Below are positions 1-7,966 of a stretch of 24,824 bases of DNA, piece by piece. The notes below the pieces were generated by a model that was given only the letters and a program-made list of their open reading frames with translations, was not told the origin of the DNA and did not search any database. The translations under genes and the position numbers were made by a program. Position 1 is the first letter of the stretch; each line of letters starts with the position of its first letter. Source of the stretch: a virus; the IMG/VR virus record IMGVR_UViG_3300021400_000064, positions 1-24,824 of that record. One strand, given 5' to 3'.

Positions 1-107
1 AACCCATATACAGGCATTCATTATGGGCCTGCGCGTAAATACCGCACATTAGCGCAGATTGTTGATAGAGATGTCTATACTATTGTTGAGGAGCGTAATG
101 GCTGGGG
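1..107. repeat. Terminal direct repeat copy 1 (identical to 24718-24824). This is a circular-contig overlap or terminal redundancy; the unit length is 24,717 bp.
   Basis: aacccatatacaggcattcattatggg...gagcgtaatggctgggg occurs at both ends of the window. The repeat lies inside an open frame, and 24,717 = 3 x 8,239, so the frame is preserved across the junction. Confidence 0.95.
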
Positions 108-2553
108 TAGGTTAAAAGAATACTATCACGGCTGGATTATGTTATCAGCAACAGAAACGATAGTAGGACCTGGTTAGAACCCAGATTATGATACGCCAAC
201 AGACCAAACCGCAGTTATTCCATTCGCGGAGCATATAAATATTACTCGTTTGACTGTTGATAGATTGTGGGCTTATGTTCCAGCAGAAGAAAGTTGGATA
301 AAAGCCGAAGATATCAGTTATGATTAGGCTGGTAAGTTATATAATGCTTTGGGTATATTCACGATTGACTTGGAAAATGATGTAGATTGGACTACCGTTG
401 AAAGCATTGATGATATTGGTATTAAACCTGAATTAAGGCATTTACATTATCACGATTATGCCAATTATGTCTATGATGGTGCTCTTACAAAAGAAGCATT
501 TAGTAATATACACGATTTAGAATTTGTCTATCCGGAGACGGTTTATAATTATAATTGTATATATTATAAGGGTAATAAGTTCGCGGATAATGAATTGGGT
601 AGAACCGCATTTAGTTGCTCTATAAGCGATTGGAACCCTGATTGGGACCATTTCATTGAAACAAGTTGGATTGTTGATGAAGATGAAAATGAGGTATTGC
701 CAGAGTTGTATCGTGGCGCACCTATTTCTCTAAATTGGGATTACTTTGGCTTTGACCGCAACCTCTTCAAGCCAACAGGATACTATGATGGTATCTATTT
801 ATGGAACCCACATCCATGGGATGAAGAGCATCTATACTTCACTTTTGAAGAATTAGTGCGGACAGGCACATAGTATGTTATTTACCCATTCTTCGACCCA
901 CACGCTTATAAGTATTGGCATATGGTAAGATTAAAAACCGTGTCAGACGCAGGTAATGTTAATCAAACTCAATTCTGTTTAGACAGTGATAACACTTATA
1001 CAGAAGGTGTTTGGGAAATTGAACCGCCTATGAAGCGTGTTTCAACAGACAGATTGTATAACCAAGACTGGGGCGCTGGTTGGTATAATGATACAACAAC
1101 GCTACCAGCGGGTTGGCATATAAATGCTAATACAAGCATTTCACCATTATATTTCTCATTAGGTGGTGGCCCATTCGCAAATTATACAAGTAATTCTGTA
1201 AATGGAAAAATTAAGTCCGTAAGCAGAGACGGATAGGGTGCTATCTTATATCCTGACGATTATTTCAAGGATTTATTGAAGAGCACTAATTCCGCGCAAG
1301 TAGATAGTGCGACTGCTGAATTGGCATTGCGCGAAGAATTGGGCTTATTAAATATGATGGAATATGAGCCAAACGGTTATTACCGCATTACAGGTAGCGC
1401 GATTTCACCATATAGTGATTTGTTCTTATCAAAGATACCTTATCATAACGAATATGAACCCAAGTATTACATTTCCACTATTTATAATCGTTATTTCGGT
1501 TAGAATAGAACAAGTGGTTATGCTAATAAATGGCGACCAATTACATCACAGCATTTGTCTCTATATCAACAGGAATGGAACCCGATACAGATGAAGGGCG
1601 ACCCAAATGCGTGGAGAAGCAAACCCTATATTGGTGGCGGCGTCTATCACGGTGTGCGCTCTTATTTAAATGGTATATTAGAGCATTACTATGTGCCAGT
1701 TCCAAAAGGAATGTGGTATGAGTGGGATGGCGTCAAGAGCCAAATCACAGGTAATGGCTTATTCGATTTAATTACGGGCACGCTAAAAACTGATGACCCT
1801 GGCTGTGTTTTCACATATGATTATCGTAGCGCTGATGGTGAAGAACCATACGAGCATCGTTATGATTATTTCAGTGGATGGCAGTATGATGAAACCACTA
1901 TTCAACCTGCTATGTGGTATCAAATCACAGCATCAACAGACACATACAATCAACCTGACGCACTTGCTAATAAAATTCGCACATTATCAAATGGTTTGTA
2001 TCTACCTGTTGATAAACAAACACAAGATACAGAGAACCGTGTATAGGGCTTATGGTATCATAGTGCTAACTACTGGTTCAAAGTTAATAGCAACATATCT
2101 ATTGCCACGATGACTGGCACGCTAACAACAGAAAAGATTACAGCCGCAGTTATTCCAGATACGAATACAACTATCACGGTATTCAACTATGATGCGTATG
2201 ATAATCCTGATGGTAGCGCAACTTCAACAAGAGCGAATAATGGTAGTTTCTTACTCACGAGTTATTACACTTATAAAGTAGGGAATAAGACATTATTATT
2301 CAGCGGAAATAAGTGGTATGATATGGCGCATACCTCATTAGCGCACGAAGAAATGAATAATAATTATGTAGTAGCAGTAGATAGGTTAAATTATTACACC
2401 TATCCTATTGAAAATGATACATATAAAGCAGGATAGTATTTGGCTGGCGACCGTCTGTTTGTTCCATATCGCTCTTCTCGTAATACGAATTGGTATTACA
2501 CAGGACAGGGTTGGGTCAAATACGCAGATGGTAATTTATCATTAGTTGAATGA
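1..2553 (+). CDS. C-terminal part of the giant (~2,890 aa) tail adhesin/fibre protein; it continues from 18598..24717 across the junction.
   Basis: Frame 1 is open from base 1 to TGA 2551-2553 and is broken only by TAG (175, 325, 871, 1234, 1501, 2044, 2434). Track ORFs 349-873, 922-1236, 1276-1503, 1555-2046 and 2110-2436 all lie in this one frame. SH3b-like segments are present (VYTIVEERNGWGRLKEYYHGWIML; RLFVPYRSSRNTNWYYTGQGWVKY). Confidence 0.8.
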
Positions 2554-2564
2554 GGAGTGGTAAT

Positions 2565-2918
2565 ATGACAAGTAATTACTATCCTATTGTATTAGATGAG
2601 CGTGAAGGCAGTTTCAGTATTACAAATACTGGGACTGCCCCATCCCCTTGTGTAATCACGATAGTCCCAAGAGTAAGTTTTATCACTATGAAAATTGAAG
2701 GGTTAAGTGAAGACCCTATTGTTTTATCATAGATTGCCGCAAATGATGTTGTTGTTATAGACGGTGAATAGCGTGAGTTCCGCGTAAATGGCTCACTCGC
2801 TTGGGATAAATTTGATGGCTGGCAGTTCCCGCACTTGGAGCCTGGCATCAACACAGTAAAAATTACGAACTCTAATATGATGGATATTGAAGTTGCGTAT
2901 AACGCGAGGTATATCTAA
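2565..2918 (+). CDS. Small tail protein resembling the C-terminal (galectin-like) domain of siphophage distal tail proteins (Dit).
   Basis: GAGGAG RBS at 2552-2557 lies 7 nt before the ATG. Peptide: ITNTGTAPSPCVITIV...VVVIDGE[TAG]REFRVNGS...FPHLEPGINTVKITN. There are 2 in-frame TAG (2730, 2769) and the gene ends at TAA 2916. An alternative ATG at 2550 has no RBS. Confidence 0.7.
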
Positions 2919-2919
2919 T

Positions 2920-3948
2920 ATGATGAAAGTTTATGACACCGAGCATCAGTTTTTAGGTTTTTTCACTGATGGCTTACGGAATGTATATACAACAGAAACA
3001 TTGGAAACAGGGACCAAAAGTCTCTGTTTCCAAATGCCCTGTTTAGATAAATATTTATCATTAGTGCGGGAAGAACATTATATAGAAACGCAAGATTATG
3101 AATATATCGTAAAAGAATTGGTATTAGAAAAGAATGATTTCTTTACTGTCTATTGCGTTGCGAATATAGAAGAATTAAGTGGAACCACTTTTAGTGTATT
3201 TGATTGTTTTGAAAAGAACCCCGAACAAGCATATACCTATTGTTTGTAGCCTGTTCCAGCGTGGAGTTTAGATTATCAAAGTCAAGTAGCAACGGTCCTA
3301 ACTTTATAGACCGCTAATGTTTCTGCTCTTGAAATGATAAGAACTGTTGCGGAAATGAATAGCCAAGAGTTGTGGTTTGATGCCAAGAATAAGGTATTGC
3401 GCGTTTATGATAGAATTGGGCGCGCGAAGAGTAATATATACTATTCAAATGAATTAAAATTGCGGCAACTGTCAAAACAGTCATCAACTTACGATTATGC
3501 TACTGTTTTATATCCTATTGGTAAAGATGGATTAACTATTGAGAGTGTAAATAATGGTAGAAACTTTATTGAGAATTATAGTTATACCAACAAGAGGATA
3601 GTAAAGTATTGGTATAATGATGATATTGATGTGCCTGAACGCTTATTAGGTGCGGGGTAGGATTATTTAGATAGTATTGCTGAACCCGTGAGTAGTTATA
3701 AAGTATCGTTGAGTGAATTAAATCCCGACACACGATTGGGCGATACGATTATGCTTGTAGATAATATAAAGAAATTAAAGCAAAAGAAGCGAGTAGTAAA
3801 GATAGTGGATTTCCCATTTGAACCCGAGCGCAGTAATGTTGAAGTATCAAATAGGCAAGCAAATTTTGCGCGCACATTTGTAAAGCAACAGAAGGTATTA
3901 GATAAAGAAATCAAGTATATCCGCTCGGTAATCAAAAATATTTAGTAA
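2920..3948 (+). CDS. Baseplate hub / tail-associated protein N-terminal region (Tal-like, phage minor structural protein N-terminal family).
   Basis: Track ORFs 2887-3249, 3334-3660 and 3688-3945 are in one frame, joined by TAG at 3247, 3307 and 3658. Motifs: MKVYD..., LYPIGKDGLTIESVNNG, LGDTIMLVD, PFEPERSNVEVSN. A fourth TAG at 3943 is followed directly by TAA 3946. Confidence 0.8.
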
Positions 3949-4011
3949 GTTTGGGACAAAATTGTTCCAACCCCTATAAAGTATTTTCATATAGCAGTGA
4001 GAGGTAAAAGT

Positions 4012-4179
4012 ATGAGAGAAATAATACAAAACCTAAATAAAGCATCACTCGCTTCTGCTACTGGCATTTCTTATAGTAGATTACGCAAATATGCGGCAGG
4101 TATCATTTAGAACCTGACTGATGAAGAGAAACAAAAGATACGAGATTATCTATTAGCATTAGCAGAAGCGTTTAGATAA
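4012..4179 (+). CDS. Small helix-turn-helix protein (55 aa).
   Basis: GAGAGG RBS, then ATG 4012. Peptide: MREIIQNLNKASLASATGISYSRLRKYAAGII[TAG]NLTDEEKQKIRDYLLALAEAFR, ending at TAA 4177. One in-frame TAG (4108). Confidence 0.6.
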
Positions 4180-4208
4180 CTATATTATTTGAATAGGAGA
4201 CAAAATAT

Positions 4209-4820
4209 ATGAATGAAGAATGGAAACTTATTACTTGTTTAAAAAAACAGGGGTTCTCAAATCGGCAATATGAAGCATCCAATTTGGGAAGAATTAGAGT
4301 GAAAAATACAGGCTATATAATGAAACCCGCCACGCACAATTCTGGCTATATAATGTTTAGATACTCTTGGTATGATGTGAATGGAAAAAGATAGTAGGCA
4401 TTTGAATTATGGCATCGGGTTATCGCAAAAACTTGGATACCTAATCCAAATCACTTACCGCAAATAGACCATATCAATAGAGATAGACTTGATAATCGTG
4501 TTGAAAACCTGCGTTGGGTAAGTAATAGTGAAAACCAACACAATACTGATAGAACACTAAAAAAGAAAAAACTATTTAACCGTCGCAAGCCAGTATATAA
4601 AATAGATAATAATTTTAATATCGTAGATGTATTTGAAAATGCTATAATATGTGCGGAACAAGAGGGAACAAGCATACGATAGATAAATAGGATGTGTAAT
4701 GGTGATAGGCATCCTAAAAAGGGCGGTATTACTTATACATAGACATCTTTCCTTGAAACAAAAGGAATGAAGTTGATAGAAGATAATGATGGACCGCGCA
4801 TAATAAAAATTGACAACTAA
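4209..4820 (+). CDS. HNH homing-type endonuclease (203 aa).
   Basis: The N-terminal segment EEWK...[10 protein letters not shown]...MKP..NSGY continues through a TAG-TAG pair (4392-4397) into [44 protein letters not shown], the HNH core. Two more TAG follow (4680, 4740). The gene ends at TAA 4818. Confidence 0.85.
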
Positions 4821-4838
4821 AAAATTTTTTGTTATAAT
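4810..4838 (+). promoter_or_regulatory. Consensus sigma70/sigmaA promoter P1.
   Basis: TTGACA (4810-4815), a 17-nt spacer, TATAAT (4833-4838) with an extended TGt. It is near-identical in layout to P2 and overlaps the HNH stop codon. Confidence 0.75.
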
Positions 4839-4844
4839 ATATCT

Positions 4845-4929
4845 GTCAATGATGAAAGTCATAGGCGTTTCTTCCTTATATAAAGTGAGCCTACTGTATC
4901 ACGACCAACCTCGGTAGGCTCATTTTTTT
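4845..4929 (+). ncRNA. Candidate ~85-nt small RNA (P1 to the intrinsic terminator).
   Basis: A perfect promoter is followed about 40 nt later by a stem-loop plus U7. There is no RBS-preceded ORF. The RNA contains ttcttccttat (4869-4879), complementary to the RBS region at 4968-4978. Confidence 0.45.
4886..4929 (+). terminator. Rho-independent terminator.
   Basis: tgagcctac (4886-4894) pairs with gtaggctca (4914-4922), followed by TTTTTTT (4923-4929). Confidence 0.7.
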
Positions 4930-4956
4930 GACAAACAAAAAATATTTTGGTATAAT
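4928..4956 (+). promoter_or_regulatory. Consensus sigma70/sigmaA promoter P2 (early/replication operon).
   Basis: TTGACA (4928-4933), a 17-nt spacer, TATAAT (4951-4956) with an extended TGg. It lies 30 nt upstream of the 4987 start. Confidence 0.8.
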
Positions 4957-4986
4957 ATATTTAGAAAATAAGGAAGAAGGAATGTT

Positions 4987-5205
4987 ATGGAATATCAAGA
5001 TATTATTGCTGAATTAAAACAAGTATTAGCAAAAGCACCTATATATGATGACACGCCAGAAAGTTGGCATTTACATATAATAGAAAGCATTTTGGATGAT
5101 AGTGTATATCAAAGATTATGTGAAGAAAGAGATAACATTATAGATGATGATGCTGAAACTATTGTTGAGTTATTGCCATACATCTATGGTAATATGAATT
5201 ATTGA
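4987..5205 (+). CDS. Small acidic hypothetical protein (72 aa).
   Basis: AAGGAAGAAGGA RBS, then an intact ORF ending in TGA. No TAG codons. Confidence 0.6.
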   Translation: MEYQDIIAELKQVLAKAPIYDDTPESWHLHIIESILDDSVYQRLCEERDNIIDDDAETIVELLPYIYGNMNY

Positions 5206-5210
5206 TAACG

Positions 5211-5226
5211 ATGGCATATATGCCAT
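5211..5226. promoter_or_regulatory. 16-bp perfect palindrome ATGGCATATATGCCAT (possible operator).
   Basis: Exact self-complementary sequence in the intergenic region just after the 4987 gene. Confidence 0.3.
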
Positions 5227-5239
5227 AATAATATATGGG

Positions 5240-5267
5240 GCGTCCATTGTTATGGACGCTTATTTTT
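5240..5267 (+). terminator. Rho-independent terminator.
   Basis: gcgtccat (5240-5247) pairs with atggacgc (5252-5259), followed by ttattttt. Confidence 0.65.
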
Positions 5268-5289
5268 ATTCAAAGGAGAAGTCAAAAGT

Positions 5290-5472
5290 ATGACATACAA
5301 AAAGATTTTTATGAGACCATTGGCTGTTGAACTTCGTAAATTAGGTTATAGAATAGTTCAAGTTGAACCTAATTACCGCAAACCAGAATTAGATGTTTAT
5401 ACATTTGAAGTGTCTGGTAATTTTATGGTCGATTTTGCGCGGCTATCTAAAAATATTCGTCAGCAGAAGTAA
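5290..5472 (+). CDS. Small hypothetical protein (60 aa), DUF5659-like pattern.
   Basis: AAGGAGAAG RBS. Peptide: MRPLAVELRKLGYRIVQVEPN...VYTFEVSGNF. No TAG. The family assignment is from memory only. Confidence 0.55.
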   Translation: MTYKKIFMRPLAVELRKLGYRIVQVEPNYRKPELDVYTFEVSGNFMVDFARLSKNIRQQK

Positions 5473-5492
5473 GCCAGATAGGAGATAGCCAT

Positions 5493-5915
5493 ATGATAAG
5501 ACAGATGCCAGTATTAGCCCACAAGGGTGATAAGTTTGTTGCGGGACAAGCATTTTGGAGTATCCCGCAAGATATTCTAATTTATGCTTTCAAAAATCTT
5601 ACTTATAATGAAACGCAAGTTTTAGTTTATTTAATTGGTAATAAGCCCAAGTGTGAAGAAGAAGATTATAAAGGTTGGCAGATTAGTAATATCGAAGATT
5701 GTGTGAGTGGTAATGATAGAACCATTCGTGCGGCAAGAGCCACTTTGGCGCAAATGGGGTTTATTCGTCAAATACCTAATCCTGATGGTAAAACATATTC
5801 TACTATTGTTGTTGATTTTGATTGGATTAGAACAGTAGTAAGAAATGGTTGGGATAAAGAAACAACAATAAAAAACTTTGGCGGTTCCCCAGAACCGCGA
5901 ATTGGTAGCAAATGA
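5493..5915 (+). CDS. Winged-helix replication initiator-like protein (140 aa).
   Basis: AGGAGA RBS. Peptide: NETQVLVYLIGN...ISNIEDCVSGNDRTIRAARATLAQMGFI (wHTH-like). The 3' end and downstream flank carry the iterons. No TAG. Confidence 0.6.
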   Translation: MIRQMPVLAHKGDKFVAGQAFWSIPQDILIYAFKNLTYNETQVLVYLIGNKPKCEEEDYKGWQISNIEDCVSGNDRTIRAARATLAQMGFIRQIPNPDGKTYSTIVVDFDWIRTVVRNGWDKETTIKNFGGSPEPRIGSK

Positions 5916-6000
5916 CGGTTGTGTAGAACCGTGATTTGCTAGGAAAATACGGTTGTGTAGAACCGTGATTTGCTAGGAAAATGAGGTTGTGGAGAACCGC
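5882..6000. repeat. Iteron array (candidate origin of replication) followed by an AT-rich tract (6001-6035).
   Basis: There is a 34-bp periodicity with units starting at 5882, 5916, 5950 and 5984. The two central units are nearly identical over their 34 bp (they differ only in the last base) and read cggttgtgtagaaccgtgatttgctaggaaaat. Each unit has a CGGTT...AACCG inverted core. The first unit is diverged and lies inside the rep 3' end; the last is partial. Confidence 0.75.
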
Positions 6001-6144
6001 ATAATATATAAATTAGTAATAAATAAAATATGGGGAATACATAAGGTTAGAAACAAGATAATTCAAAAACCTTTTCGCCCCAGAGGTTGGATTTAGATAA
6101 TTTTTGCTGATAAAGAGACATATATAGTGAATAGGTGAGGAATT

Positions 6145-6336
6145 ATGGAGAACAAATTATTTTATTGTTATTCTAAAAACTTATGTTTATTCCTTAAATT
6201 AAATGGGATAAATTATGAAACAAAAGCAAGGCATCCTAATGGCACATATTATTATACATACATCAAAAATGATAAGTTGTTGAAGGGCTTATCATAGTGG
6301 AATAAATATAAAGAAACATTCGCGCAAATGAGGTGA
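6145..6336 (+). CDS. Small hypothetical protein (63 aa), apparent paralog of the 5290 gene.
   Basis: AGGTGAGG RBS. Peptide: MENKLFYCYSKNLCLFLKLNGINYETKARHPNGTYYYTYIKND...LS[TAG]WNKYKETFAQMR. One TAG (6295). Ends at TGA. Confidence 0.55.
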
Positions 6337-6341
6337 TTATA

Positions 6342-6728
6342 GTGGCTATAAATGAAAAACAAAAGATGATGGTAGAACGCTATATTGCTAATGGGTATAA
6401 TTTGCGTGAGGCTTATGAGGCTACATATGGAGAAAAAAAGAACCCCGCAATTTCATATCCCTATCAAATGATAAAGAAACCTGCGGTATAGGAATATTTA
6501 CAGAAGCGGCGTAAAGAGATATATGATAGTCTCCAAATTGATGCCGAGCGCATTGCTACTGAATTAGCAGATGTAGCATTTGCCCCAAAGGGTGATGAGT
6601 TCTACACAGCGCAAGCAAAAATCCAGGCATTAAATATATTAAGTAAGAACTTGGGATTACAGACACAAAAGGTAGAGACTAACCAGACTATTGAAGTGTC
6701 TATTGAAGATGAAACTACAAATCCGTAA
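6342..6728 (+). CDS. terS: Terminase small subunit.
   Basis: GTG start after AGGTGA. Peptide: KQKMMVERYIANGYNLREAYEATYG...KKPAV[TAG]EYLQKRRKEI. One TAG. Ends at TAA 6726 and overlaps terL by 20 nt. Confidence 0.75.
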
Positions 6729-7950
6729 GAATATTTTTAATAGTGTATATTATCCTCATCTATTGGATTACAACAAAAGATATGAAGTGTATTATGGTGG
6801 AGCAGGTTCAGGTAAAAGTGTGTTTGTCGCGCAAAAGTTAGTGGTTAAAGCATTGCGCGAAAAGCGCAAGATACTGGTGCTCCGCAAGGTAAATAGAACA
6901 ACAAAAGCATCTACATTTCAACTCTTGTTGGATACACTTACAAAGTTTCATATAATTAATCTGTGCGACATAAATCGCACAGACTTTTCTATATCTTTAC
7001 CTAATGGTTCATAGTTCTTATGTGCGGGATTAGATGATACTGAAAAGATTAAGTCTATTGTTGGACTGACTGATGCTTGGCTTGAAGAAGCAACAGAATT
7101 TAGTGCTGATGATTTTAGTTAGGTTGATTTGCGTGTGCGCGACCCTAACGCGCAAGGACAGTAGATAATACTATCATTTAACCCTGTATCAAAAGCGAAT
7201 TGGTGCTATTTATGGTTCTTTGCGCCAAATGAAGACCTCGCAGAGTTTCGCGCAGAAGCAGAAATAATTTAGACGAACTATTTAGATAATAAGTTTTTGC
7301 CGCAGAAATATATCGATGCTCTATTGCGTATGAAGAACACTAATCCTGTGTATTATACCATTTATGCTCTTGGTTAGTTTGGTTCTCTTGATAAATTAGT
7401 GTATAACAATTGGCAGGTTATGGATTTCGATAAAGACCGCATCAAAGGGTAGTTGCTGTGTGGTTGCGACTTTGGTTATACAAATGACCCGACCGCATTT
7501 GTGGCGTCTTACCTTGTGCCGCAGGAGAACCGCATATATGTATTTTAGGAGTGGGGCGGCACAGGTTATCTTAATAATTAGATTGCTTCTGCTATTGAGC
7601 GGATGGGGTTTGCGAAATCGGTTATTATATGTGATAGCGCCGAACAAAAAAGTATTGAAGAGTTGCGGCAAGCGGGCATTCGGCAAGCAAAGCCAAGTGT
7701 GAAGGGTAAGGGTTCCGTCCTTCAAGGAATACAAAAGTTATAGTAGTATGAGTTGATTATTCATCCCAACTGTGAGTGTATAAAAGAAGAGTTAGAGAAC
7801 TATGCTTGGGTGAAAGATAAGCAAACGAATGAGTATATAAACGAGCCTATTGATAAATGGAACCATTATTTGGATGCTTTGCGCTATTCGTTATAGTGTA
7901 TGGATGCCCGTGTGTAGTTATAGACTATTGATAAAAAATTACTATTTTGA
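6709..7950 (+). CDS. terL: Terminase large subunit (413 aa).
   Basis: Walker A YGGAGSGKS; DAWLEEA (Walker B-like); nuclease motifs CDFGYTNDPTA, CDSAEQKSIEEL and NHYLDALRY. All lie in frame 1 across 13 TAG codons (7012, 7120, 7162, 7270, 7375, 7450, 7546, 7579, 7741, 7744, 7894, 7915, 7921). The first TAA/TGA in frame is TGA 7948. Confidence 0.92.
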
Positions 7951-7966
7951 TAGGAGGCTGGTGTCA

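Noticed and set aside
1-107. The terminal repeat could be a biological DTR, LTR or mobile-element end.
   Set aside because: It is a direct repeat only at the two window ends and lies inside a coding frame that it preserves. This is the typical overlap of a circular assembly. No inverted repeats or transposase are present.
2551-2553. TGA (or TAA) might also be recoded.
   Set aside because: TGA and TAA coincide with gene ends that are followed by an RBS and start of the next gene. Trp is encoded by TGG throughout. No conserved domain continues past a TGA or TAA.
3949-4011. A weak promoter candidate, TTGGGA-N18-TATAAA, upstream of the HTH gene.
   Set aside because: Only 4 of 6 and 5 of 6 positions match, and the spacing is non-optimal. 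Such matches are common in AT-rich sequence, so it is not reported as a feature.
5202-5231. A possible promoter, TTGATA-N17/18-(ATAATA/TAATAA), enclosing the palindrome.
   Set aside because: The -10 candidates match the consensus poorly, and transcription would start directly into a terminator hairpin. Only the palindrome is retained, as a low-confidence feature.
5882-6000. The direct repeats could be a CRISPR array.
   Set aside because: The repeats are contiguous 34-bp units with no spacers. They start inside the 3' end of the initiator-like gene and are followed by an AT-rich tract. This is iteron/origin architecture.
6691-7950. Fragmented ORFs could mean pseudogenes or a decaying prophage.
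   Set aside because: The interruptions are exclusively TAG, never TAA, TGA or frameshifts. Conserved motifs continue in frame on both sides, and this happens in 16 different genes.
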